DNA of 64,000 nucleotides from a virus. Location of the stretch: positions 81,043 through 145,042 of IMG/VR virus record IMGVR_UViG_3300042484_001840; one strand, 5' to 3'. Position 1 is the stretch's first letter. Each line of letters opens with the position of its first letter. Both the position numbers and the translations under genes were made by a program. The notes under the pieces were generated by a model. The model saw only the letters and a program-made list of their open reading frames with translations. It had not been told where the DNA came from and ran no database searches. Shown here piece by piece: positions 17,845 through 25,317 of the stretch.

Positions 17845-18312
17845 ATGTCAAGGATTGTTATGGCAGATAAGATAAACAAAAAATCAGCACCAAGACAGAA
17901 AATCTTAGGGATAGAACGGGAAGGCGCATGGGGAAGGGTTGAGTATCTCCATCGGTTGGCGTGCGGGCATACCGAGCGACGGAAGCGACCAGCGAAAACT
18001 GAGATTATCTCTTGTTCGTGGTGCGTGGTTGCGGAAGAGCAAACGGAAGTTCTACAGAGTTTCGCCACGAAGAGACCACAAAGCCCCGCTGAAGATGATG
18101 TTTTTGACAGAATGGGATCGCTGATTGCTGTTTCGGAAAGAGAAGTTTCCAAACTGAAGGCAGAAATTGCGTCTAAGTTTGATGTTCCTGTGGACTATGT
18201 TGATGTTGTCGTGGAAGACGATGACGGGACTCTTTCGGTTTCGTACGCAATTATCTTCTTGTCAGCGCAAGACATCAAGAACATTCTCGTGGACTCTAAA
18301 GAAAATACTTGA
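17845..18312 (+). CDS. hypothetical protein with CGH...CxxC zinc motif
   Basis: ORF track; Cys/His motif. Confidence 0.75.
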   Translation: MSRIVMADKINKKSAPRQKILGIEREGAWGRVEYLHRLACGHTERRKRPAKTEIISCSWCVVAEEQTEVLQSFATKRPQSPAEDDVFDRMGSLIAVSEREVSKLKAEIASKFDVPVDYVDVVVEDDDGTLSVSYAIIFLSAQDIKNILVDSKENT

Positions 18313-18378
18313 CATTCACCCACTCACTCAGTAGACTATGGCTAAAGTTACTACTAACAACAACAGAAAGATACAATC

Positions 18379-18795
18379 ATGAAGCGACTTATCCCAATTA
18401 TCATCGCCACCCTCGCACTTACTGCGTGTGGAACTAAAACCGTGTATGTCACCAGCACCGAAGCACCCGACACAACTGTAGAAGTTACCGAGACGACTGA
18501 TGCGCCAATTGCGACTCCTGCGCCTACAGTCCCGTCTTACACTTCAGAAGATGAATTCATCGCAGACATCTACAACGAAAACACTGGTCCCATCTACCTT
18601 GAAGACCAAGACCTGATTGACACAGGATATGCGGTTTGTGATGGTTTGCGTAGTGGTATGACTGGCTACGATGCACTTGATGCAATTGTCTCATCATCTG
18701 AAGGTGATACCGCTGTAGAGGAACTGCTTATCAATGTTACAGCATCGGCGGTTGTGAACTTCTGCCCTGAGCAGGCATACAAGTTCGGAGAATGA
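18379..18795 (+). CDS. DUF732-like lipoprotein
   Basis: Lipobox LTAC; GxxVC...FCP motif; TTGACA-17-TAGACT promoter (18309-18337). Confidence 0.8.
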   Translation: MKRLIPIIIATLALTACGTKTVYVTSTEAPDTTVEVTETTDAPIATPAPTVPSYTSEDEFIADIYNENTGPIYLEDQDLIDTGYAVCDGLRSGMTGYDALDAIVSSSEGDTAVEELLINVTASAVVNFCPEQAYKFGE

Positions 18796-18796
18796 T

Positions 18797-18982
18797 ATGA
18801 CCAATAGAGACACTTACGACATTTTGTCATACGAAGAAGAACAGAAGCAATCAAAAAGCGGGACTAACATTCAGATCAACACCCTGATTGACGCAATGAT
18901 TGATGCGGAGAAGTGTTTATTCCGTAACAAAGACGAAAACCTAATGCCTGTCAGTGAACAAGAATACAAATTAGGAGAATGA
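18797..18982 (+). CDS. hypothetical protein
   Basis: Operonic, GGAG RBS. Confidence 0.6.
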   Translation: MTNRDTYDILSYEEEQKQSKSGTNIQINTLIDAMIDAEKCLFRNKDENLMPVSEQEYKLGE

Positions 18983-18983
18983 A

Positions 18984-19415
18984 ATGAAGCGACTCGCCTT
19001 AATCGCACTACTAGTCCCGTTACTCGTTTCATGTAGCGCAGCCATGAGCAACGAGACAACAACTCTTCAGCCGCTACCAACAACGATCAACATTCCCGTT
19101 TTTGACACAATTCCCGCACTAGATGGCAAGCCATACACCGACGAAGAGTTCGCGTTTTTTGATGATGTAACTTTCTTCTACGGGGCTAGTACCGACTTGA
19201 GCGATGAGAAACTTCTTGAGTTGGGAGTTACATGGTGTCAGTTAATGATCGGAGGCATGAGTGCCGAAGATGTTATCGGGCGGATCAACGAAGGATCAAG
19301 CGATAACGCCGATGCTCTTCTTCACTTCTCTGTTGTAAATGCAGGGATTGAGAACTTATGCCCCTCGCAGTGGGATAAAGCGGAGTATATTGCTCTCAAT
19401 TCGTTCTTGCCGTGA
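18984..19415 (+). CDS. DUF732-like lipoprotein
   Basis: Lipobox LVSC; GxxWC...LCP motif. Confidence 0.75.
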   Translation: MKRLALIALLVPLLVSCSAAMSNETTTLQPLPTTINIPVFDTIPALDGKPYTDEEFAFFDDVTFFYGASTDLSDEKLLELGVTWCQLMIGGMSAEDVIGRINEGSSDNADALLHFSVVNAGIENLCPSQWDKAEYIALNSFLP

Positions 19416-19417
19416 TG

Positions 19418-19636
19418 TCATACGGGACTATCTGAAAGTGTGAGAAACTTTGTGATGGGGAAAAAAATGAAATTAGCCTCAGTTGGCATCGCCACAATTA
19501 CTGTTTCGTATGTTTTTTCAGCACTTCTGTTCATGCTTATTGCCATGACTCTCATGAACCCTACGCCTCGTGTTCGGGAGATATTCCTACAGCCCCGCAC
19601 TACGGGTCGTCGGCGTGGTTCGTTGTCTGACTTCAC
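19418..19636 (-). CDS. basic hypothetical protein
   Basis: GTGA overlap with the upstream gene. Confidence 0.5.
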   Translation of the reverse strand: MKSDNEPRRRPVVRGCRNISRTRGVGFMRVMAISMNRSAEKTYETVIVAMPTEANFIFFPITKFLTLSDSPV

Positions 19637-19803
19637 TTCATAGGTTTTTCGGTGAGTCTGATGTACGGACTTGCCATCGCCTTCGCATAGGCGCGCGAGT
19701 GGCTTAGTCCTTCTTGGTGGCGCTGTAGGACATACTCCATAGAGAACGCCCTACTCCACCTATTCGCCTTCATCGTTCTGAGTGTTAGTAGTTGGTAGTT
19801 CAT
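19633..19803 (-). CDS. 56-aa hypothetical protein (MNYQLLTLRTMK...)
   Basis: Read manually; GGAGG RBS. Confidence 0.6.
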   Translation of the reverse strand: MNYQLLTLRTMKANRWSRAFSMEYVLQRHQEGLSHSRAYAKAMASPYIRLTEKPMK

Positions 19804-19837
19804 TGTTGCCCTCCGTTCTAGGGGAACAGTACAGCGG

Positions 19838-20101
19838 TCACCACCCGCTGTACTGTTCGTATTCTTCCCGTGTTGGTACTTCGTTCAGCATACGCTGGTA
19901 GGACTCAACGCAACTCTCAAAGTCGCTGGTCTCGTGCCAATCTTCTTCGGACTTGCCTTCGTTGGTCTCTAGCCAAAAGCCGTATGACTCGTGGTAGGAG
20001 TCGGTTCCGATGAAACTCTCTGATGCCTCATCGTAAGCGTCTTGCGCTTCGTGCCTGTCTTGGTATGGCTGTTGTAGCCAAGTGTCGTAGTCAACGCCCA
20101 T
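19838..20101 (-). CDS. acidic hypothetical protein (MGVDYDTWL...)
   Basis: TTGACA-17-TATACT promoter (20170-20142); ACTACTAC leader; AAGGAG RBS. Confidence 0.8.
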   Translation of the reverse strand: MGVDYDTWLQQPYQDRHEAQDAYDEASESFIGTDSYHESYGFWLETNEGKSEEDWHETSDFESCVESYQRMLNEVPTREEYEQYSGW

Positions 20102-20275
20102 TGTCTTGCTCCTTTGTAGTAGTTGCTTCCTTATGAATACAAGTATAGCGAGAATGTGTAAGGTTGTCAACCTTTTGTTGGAAAATATTTAGAAATATAT
20201 TTTTGGGAAATAGTTGACATTCTCTCACTTATCCCGTATAATGTATCTATACACAAATCTACTAAAAGGAAAAAT

Positions 20276-20464
20276 ATGAAAATCTTAGAAATCCCCGAAA
20301 ACGAAACTATTGAAATCATCTCGGCTAATGTCATAGAGTTTTGGCGAGACGGGCAACTGATGGGCGATACCCACAAGGGTCTAGCCGATACCATTCGCCT
20401 GACGGGTATCAAGGGGCTGACAGTAGTCCTGACCGACAGACTCCCCAACGAGAGCGAGCGGTGA
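20276..20464 (+). CDS. hypothetical protein
   Basis: Perfect TTGACA(20214)-17-TATAAT(20237); AAGGA RBS. Confidence 0.75.
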   Translation: MKILEIPENETIEIISANVIEFWRDGQLMGDTHKGLADTIRLTGIKGLTVVLTDRLPNESER

Positions 20465-20512
20465 CAGCCGCTCGGCAAGCGGGGCTAGTTGAGATACTGG
20501 GGTAAAACCCGA

Positions 20513-20540
20513 ACGACCTGAGTATGTCGTAAAACTACTC
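20513..20540 (+). ncRNA. putative H-type pseudoknot RNA element
   Basis: ACGAC/GTCGT stem; loop GAGTA pairs with downstream TACTC. Confidence 0.4.
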
Positions 20541-20580
20541 TTCTTTGCTATCTCCCGATAGCCCCGTACTCGCCACGAAC

Positions 20581-20677
20581 TCGGATTTTTTTGTGACGGA
20601 CTTTTTGCTACTGCCGTTTTTTCATTTCGTGCTTCGGATTTTTTTGTGAAAACTTTTCGCTACTGCTATTTTTTCAG
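20581..20677. repeat. imperfect 44-bp direct repeat (53-bp period)
   Basis: TCGGATTTTTTTGTGA...ACTTTT.GCTACTGC..TTTTTCA at 20581 and 20634. Confidence 0.8.
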
Positions 20678-20703
20678 TACGGGCTTTTATGCAAAAAAAA
20701 AAG

Positions 20704-20736
20704 TTATCCACAGGCTGTTGATAAACCTGTGGATAA
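20704..20736. promoter_or_regulatory. DnaA-box cluster F (3 boxes)
   Basis: TTATCCACA 20704, TGTTGATAA 20716, TGTGGATAA 20728. Confidence 0.85.
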
Positions 20737-20739
20737 CTC

Positions 20740-21048
20740 TCATTGCTGACTCGTGGAAACTTTTGTTCTGTTCCGTAACCCAATCATTGCGGACAAATAA
20801 AATCCTGCCGCGTGACGCTCCATCTCTGTTTCTCCGCCCCACACGCCGTACTCGTGGTTTTTCCTGCCGTACTCTCGGCACTCTGCGGATACAGGGCATT
20901 GCCGACATATAGCGACCGCTTGTGCTTCACGCTTTACCCGTCTCTCAGGTCGCTCGGCAACCTTAGGGAAGAATAGGTCTAACTTGCCACTACAAATTCC
21001 CAACTTCTGCCATTCGGTATCTAGAGTTTGAGTGTCGTTGTCGGTCAT
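20740..21048 (-). CDS. whiB: WhiB-family Fe-S transcription factor
   Basis: C...LFF...CxxCPV...C, GVWGG.TE.ER. Confidence 0.92.
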   Translation of the reverse strand: MTDNDTQTLDTEWQKLGICSGKLDLFFPKVAERPERRVKREAQAVAICRQCPVSAECREYGRKNHEYGVWGGETEMERHAAGFYLSAMIGLRNRTKVSTSQQ

Positions 21049-21749
21049 ACAAACTCCATAATCAGAACTGAGTCGTCTTCCATTGTGTCTCTGCCAAGCA
21101 CATGAACTTCCGTGCCTTCGCTATTCCATATTGCTCGCACATGATGATGACCGCAAATGTGAAAGCGAGGCTTCACCTTCTGCTGGATCTCAAGTACTAA
21201 CTCTCGCTGGTACACAGATACGGGAATGTCGTCCTTGTATGTGAGTTCAACTCCGTAGGGTGCGTCATGAGTAATGAGCACATCTACTTCCTCGTCGCTG
21301 AGTGTGTCAATATGGTAGGGGCTGATGAGTTCTTGCTTCCACCAAGTACGACCTAGTTCCCTATCTTTCCAATCCACGCTATACGCTCCGCCATACCCCA
21401 TAAAGGTATAGCCGTTCATATCAAAGCGACAGCCACGAGGTATCCACTTCACCCATTCGTTGGGCGTAGGGATAGGTCTAGTGTCTCCGTGCTGAGTGCG
21501 TAGGTCGTCTAGTAGGTCGTGGTTCTCGTGGTTGCCATCTATCCACATGAGTGGAATATTGTTGGCTTCTGCGAGTGCCACACAGCGTGCTAGGAACTTC
21601 TTACCAAAGGGCAAATGTACCCAGTAGCCAAAGTCACCGCAAGCGATAATCGTATTCACTTCGTTCTTGTGTGCGTGGGCGTATAGCCATTCAAGGTGCT
21701 GAATGTTTCCGTGAATGTCGCCTGCGAATAGTACTTTCATTATGTTCAC
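21045..21749 (-). CDS. calcineurin-like metallophosphoesterase
   Basis: GDIHG, GDFG, GNHE, THD, GHHH motifs. Confidence 0.9.
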   Translation of the reverse strand: MNIMKVLFAGDIHGNIQHLEWLYAHAHKNEVNTIIACGDFGYWVHLPFGKKFLARCVALAEANNIPLMWIDGNHENHDLLDDLRTQHGDTRPIPTPNEWVKWIPRGCRFDMNGYTFMGYGGAYSVDWKDRELGRTWWKQELISPYHIDTLSDEEVDVLITHDAPYGVELTYKDDIPVSVYQRELVLEIQQKVKPRFHICGHHHVRAIWNSEGTEVHVLGRDTMEDDSVLIMEFV

Positions 21750-21835
21750 CTCCAGGGTGATTAGTAGTTATGTGTATAGTATATCAGAATTGTATATAGA
21801 TTACAACCCCGATGAGCGTGTGATTAGTCACACGA

Positions 21836-22105
21836 TTACTTGACATCTCCCCAACCTCGCCAAGCCTTACCCCAACGAGGCGAGGTAGTGCGTAGGTAGC
21901 ACGCCCACAAGGGGTGGCGCTCTACGACCATCTCGGGCAAGATGACATGAACGAATAGGTCTAGTCGCCGTATGAACCTACAAGGCGAACCTAACCTATA
22001 GCGAGACACAGGGGCGCTCTCATGAGCCTCCACGAACGCTCTAAGGCTCGTAGGGTCTATATCCCAAGGGTCAAGCCCTACTCTGTCTGCGAGTGTGCGT
22101 ATCAA
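21836..22105 (-). CDS. hypothetical protein
   Basis: ORF overlapping the upstream stop; start uncertain. Confidence 0.5.
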   Translation of the reverse strand: MIRTLADRVGLDPWDIDPTSLRAFVEAHESAPVSRYRLGSPCRFIRRLDLFVHVILPEMVVERHPLWACYLRTTSPRWGKAWRGWGDVK

Positions 22106-22368
22106 ACTAGTTCGTACCACTTCATGATATGCGGACCACAACCCCCATAGTGGATAGCCATGATCTCGGCAAGCACTAACTCAAACTCTTTGCCTTGTGA
22201 GTAGGTCAAGGTAGGGTCGTTGCCTAGCACTTGCTTGACTCCCTTGTATGTGTCTGCGATGAGTTGAGCCTGCCTAAGTGACTCAAGGCGAGGCGTTGTA
22301 TTCTTTGATACTGCCTTGCTTCTGACGATCTCTCGTACTTGCTCTATGTTGCTGAGTAGGTCGTTCAT
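22102..22368 (-). CDS. hypothetical protein
   Basis: Operonic ORF. Confidence 0.65.
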   Translation of the reverse strand: MNDLLSNIEQVREIVRSKAVSKNTTPRLESLRQAQLIADTYKGVKQVLGNDPTLTYSQGKEFELVLAEIMAIHYGGCGPHIMKWYELV

Positions 22369-22369
22369 C

Positions 22370-22600
22370 TCATTTCCCCTTCGTTGTTTGTAGTCGTACT
22401 CGTGTGCTCGTGACTTTCTTTTGCTCTGTTGCCTTGCGTGTCAAGCGACCCCAACCCCAACTAGTAGGTGACTTCACTTCGCTTTGCTTTGCCTTGCGTG
22501 TCAAGTAAAAGTGTGCGACAAGTGTGTCATTGGGATTGAACTCTGACAGTTCATCTATGAGCATTTGTACTGTCATTTTTGATAATGTATTGCGTGTCAT
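22370..22600 (-). CDS. basic hypothetical protein (LTRKA twice)
   Basis: ACTACTAC leader, AAGGA RBS, TTGCTT-17-TATGAT promoter. Confidence 0.7.
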   Translation of the reverse strand: MTRNTLSKMTVQMLIDELSEFNPNDTLVAHFYLTRKAKQSEVKSPTSWGWGRLTRKATEQKKVTSTRVRLQTTKGK

Positions 22601-22751
22601 GCTTTGTCCTTTAGTAGTAGTGACAAGGTAATCATACACAACTATCAAACAAAAAGCAACCTTTATCAAAAGAAATATTTATTATAGTTATGTGACATAA
22701 TCAACAACTATCATAACAATAATGATTACATATATAGCAATTACATATCAG

Positions 22752-22926
22752 TTATACACAACCTGTGGATAAGGTGTGGATAACTTTGTACACAGGCTGT
22801 GGGTAACGCTGTGGATAACGATGAGTGCTGTGGATAATGCTGTGTATAACCTGTGTATAACCTGTGGATAAAGCGAGGCATCAACTGTGGATAACTAGCA
22901 CCATCTGTGGACAAAGATGTGGATAA
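22752..22926. repeat. large DnaA-box array G (about 13 boxes, mostly co-oriented) next to an AT-rich tract
   Basis: TGTGGATAA 22764, 22775, 22810, 22829, 22863, 22886, 22918; TGTGTATAA 22841, 22852; TTATACACA 22752. Confidence 0.93.
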
Positions 22927-23037
22927 CTGTTGCGAAAATGAGGATGCGGGGCTATTTTTCAGACGACCTCAGAACAGGGGGGTAGAGACACACACACCAT
23001 ATTGCATTGTTTCCATATAGATTTATCCAAAGTCGTC

Positions 23038-23075
23038 GTAGTGCACTACCCTTTAATCTCGGTGTAGTGCACTAC
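23038..23075. repeat. two perfect 12-bp palindromes GTAGTGCACTAC
   Basis: 23038-23049 and 23064-23075. Confidence 0.85.
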
Positions 23076-23090
23076 TTCAACTTTTCGTGA

Positions 23091-23318
23091 TTACAGCGAC
23101 GCGATGAATTCGCGTGATGCGCTGTCGTACGCTACGAGTGACAAGCCTGCATAACCCAGTGCGTCCAGTAGGAGGCTAGGTGTGAGTTCGCCACCGTCAT
23201 CTTCATACGGCATGAATTGCGCGAGTTCTTTGAGGAGGGCTTCTGCATAAGCAGTTTGCTTACCATCCGCAAGTTTTTGTAGTGTTTTTTCTTCTGTTGA
23301 GTTAAGTATGATTTCCAT
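23091..23318 (-). CDS. hypothetical protein (MEIILN...)
   Basis: ORF; start after GAAGG. Confidence 0.65.
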   Translation of the reverse strand: MEIILNSTEEKTLQKLADGKQTAYAEALLKELAQFMPYEDDGGELTPSLLLDALGYAGLSLVAYDSASREFIASL

Positions 23319-23328
23319 AGTTGATATT

Positions 23329-23535
23329 CTACCTTCCAGTTTCAGTATTGTCAAGTGTTTGTTTGATTTGTTTTCTTTTACCATTTTTGCTCGTGGATAG
23401 TCCGTTGATGCACTTGTGGTTTTTATGCCAGTCTTCAACATGTTTCCATTCGCCCCATCTGAATGATTTTCTATTACAGAGGGTGCATTGACCCCTGTGA
23501 TTTTTACCAGTTGTTATGTTCTTTAGGGTCAACAT
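23329..23535 (-). CDS. small zinc-binding hypothetical protein (CxxC...HxxxHxC)
   Basis: ORF track. Confidence 0.5.
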   Translation of the reverse strand: MLTLKNITTGKNHRGQCTLCNRKSFRWGEWKHVEDWHKNHKCINGLSTSKNGKRKQIKQTLDNTETGR

Positions 23536-23740
23536 TTTTATTTACTCTGCGTTGTTTCTGTTTAGATTTATCTAACTTTTTCTCATACTCGCGCCGATCT
23601 TGCTCGTAATATTTTTGCATCTCTTCTTCGTAATATTTTTGCAATTTACGATGAGCGAGTTGCGTTTTGATGGCATCTCTCGCGTAGTCAAAAAACATAA
23701 GTGCGTGTACTGTCAGACTGATTGTCAAGATTGTTTTCAC
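23504..23740 (-). CDS. small membrane-anchored protein
   Basis: N-terminal hydrophobic stretch; overlap with upstream stop. Confidence 0.55.
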   Translation of the reverse strand: MKTILTISLTVHALMFFDYARDAIKTQLAHRKLQKYYEEEMQKYYEQDRREYEKKLDKSKQKQRRVNKNVDPKEHNNW

Positions 23741-24090
23741 TTGAATATCTCCTCTAATTTTTGCATGATGTCTTCAGGTAAGTTTTTTTGCGTTGTGTAA
23801 ATTTGCTTCAGCACTTCGTAGTAATACTCTCGTTCTTCTACTTCACAATGATGACAACCTTTTACAGAGCATCGTACAAGTGCAAGATTTTTTACTATCG
23901 GTTCTTTGTCTGTTTTTTGGTAATAGTTCATGGGGTGCCTCTCAAAAAAAAAATCGGTTTTGTTCTGTGCGTTTAGATTTATCTGATATTGCATGTGGGC
24001 TGTTTCTAAATACGAGGGGGTTTTGTTTCTAAACACGAGGGTAAAAAAGTTATACCCTCTACCATCATTTTCAGATCGCAGAGGGTACAA
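23737..24090 (-). CDS. hypothetical protein (true start probably internal)
   Basis: ORF track; CxxxxC motif. Confidence 0.45.
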   Translation of the reverse strand: MYPLRSENDGRGYNFFTLVFRNKTPSYLETAHMQYQINLNAQNKTDFFFERHPMNYYQKTDKEPIVKNLALVRCSVKGCHHCEVEEREYYYEVLKQIYTTQKNLPEDIMQKLEEIFK

Positions 24091-24199
24091 CCCCGTAGTT
24101 GGTTTAAGTTGTCAATGGCAATTTTTGCCACCGTCAGATTTCTCTGCACCAACATATTATCTGCGCCCGCTATTTTTGTCAACCTAAGCAACAAAATTT

Positions 24200-24496
24200 T
24201 CAGTCCATTAAGGATTCAAATTCTTCATAAATCTTGCCTGTGATATCTGCGATCTGATTGTTCCACCAGTGTTCGGGTGGGCAGGTTGGCGAGATGAGAA
24301 CTTCAATTGACTTGGAAACTTTTTTTGCTTCGGGATGGCTCTTGAAGAACTTGTCAACTTCTGTCATGTTCTTGAATGGACCGAAGAACACTCGGTCAGT
24401 TGCTCGGACATGATGAAGGATGAGTGAATAGTTGGGCGTTTCGGGCTTCTCGGGTTCGTTATTCTCCACGAAAAGCATTTCTCCTCGGTAAATCAT
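24200..24496 (-). CDS. hypothetical protein
   Basis: Operonic ORF. Confidence 0.7.
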   Translation of the reverse strand: MIYRGEMLFVENNEPEKPETPNYSLILHHVRATDRVFFGPFKNMTEVDKFFKSHPEAKKVSKSIEVLISPTCPPEHWWNNQIADITGKIYEEFESLMD

Positions 24497-25096
24497 TTAT
24501 GCGCTCCTTATAGCAGTTTTGATGTATGTGATTGCTTTGCCAATGTCTCGGGCGTAGTTGAATATCCAGTCATTGGCATTCTTGTATGAATTGTCTTTGA
24601 TTGGGTGCCAAAAGAAATGACCCTCATCTATGGGTGTGTGTAAAAAATCTTTGAGTTCAGAGACAGCCAAAAAGTTCTTATTGAAGTCAGTCAATTTTCT
24701 AACGATTGACTTGCCTGTATCTATATTGTATGCGTGTCGGTCAAATTGACTTGAAGATAAATCAACAAAATGAGTTCGTGTTACCGTCACTAGATGGGCA
24801 TTGAAATCGCCTGTAGTGCTTTTGATTTCTCCGACCCAGTTCGGTCCAACACCAACACTCCAAGCAGTCTTAGACCATTTATCCCGTGGTACAGAGGTGC
24901 TGATGCTCTCTACCATCTCCTCATTGCAAACAAACGCAGACACAGGTATCACTTTGTTCTGAATATTGAAGTAGTTGAATACTTCTGATGTGATCCGTGC
25001 TGAAAGTATGCAACAATTCTTTTTGACATTTGGGGCTACTTCTGCTTGCCAAAATTCGTTGAGTTTCTCGGTTACAAATGCTTGTTTAGTAGTCAT
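24497..25096 (-). CDS. hypothetical protein with C...H...D motif (transglutaminase-like triad possible)
   Basis: NCCIL...NAHLV...FVDL; ATGA overlap. Confidence 0.65.
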   Translation of the reverse strand: MTTKQAFVTEKLNEFWQAEVAPNVKKNCCILSARITSEVFNYFNIQNKVIPVSAFVCNEEMVESISTSVPRDKWSKTAWSVGVGPNWVGEIKSTTGDFNAHLVTVTRTHFVDLSSSQFDRHAYNIDTGKSIVRKLTDFNKNFLAVSELKDFLHTPIDEGHFFWHPIKDNSYKNANDWIFNYARDIGKAITYIKTAIRSA

Positions 25097-25317
25097 GAAA
25101 TTTTGATTTTCTTGATTTTGATTTCGTCTAGCGGAAGCCAACCGAACCATTTGTTATTGATGCTTTTCAATAGAACCTGATTGACTCTATTTGGATTGGG
25201 CATCATAAAGAATTCAGGTCCGTGTTCTTTGACTCGGTTGCGTGTTCTCTTTGATGCAGTTTGACCGTTGATTGTAATAAATACTTCTTCGGTAATTTGA
25301 GGGTCAGGCGCTGTCAC
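25093..25317 (-). CDS. small phage protein (RTRNRVKEHG...WFGWLP)
   Basis: Operonic overlap. Confidence 0.7.
   Translation of the reverse strand: MTAPDPQITEEVFITINGQTASKRTRNRVKEHGPEFFMMPNPNRVNQVLLKSINNKWFGWLPLDEIKIKKIKIS

Larger units (their letters stand above)
298..22659. promoter_or_regulatory. family of about 30 related sigma70/SigA-type early promoters with a shared leader (dispersed)
   Basis: (T/G)TGTAA or TTGACA-17 bp-TATACT/TATAAT, spacer usually containing TACAC, then ACTACTAC + RBS; e.g. 839-867, 2007-2035, 3529-3557, 6253-6281, 6703-6731, 10444-10472, 20214-20242 (+) and many on (-). Confidence 0.9.
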
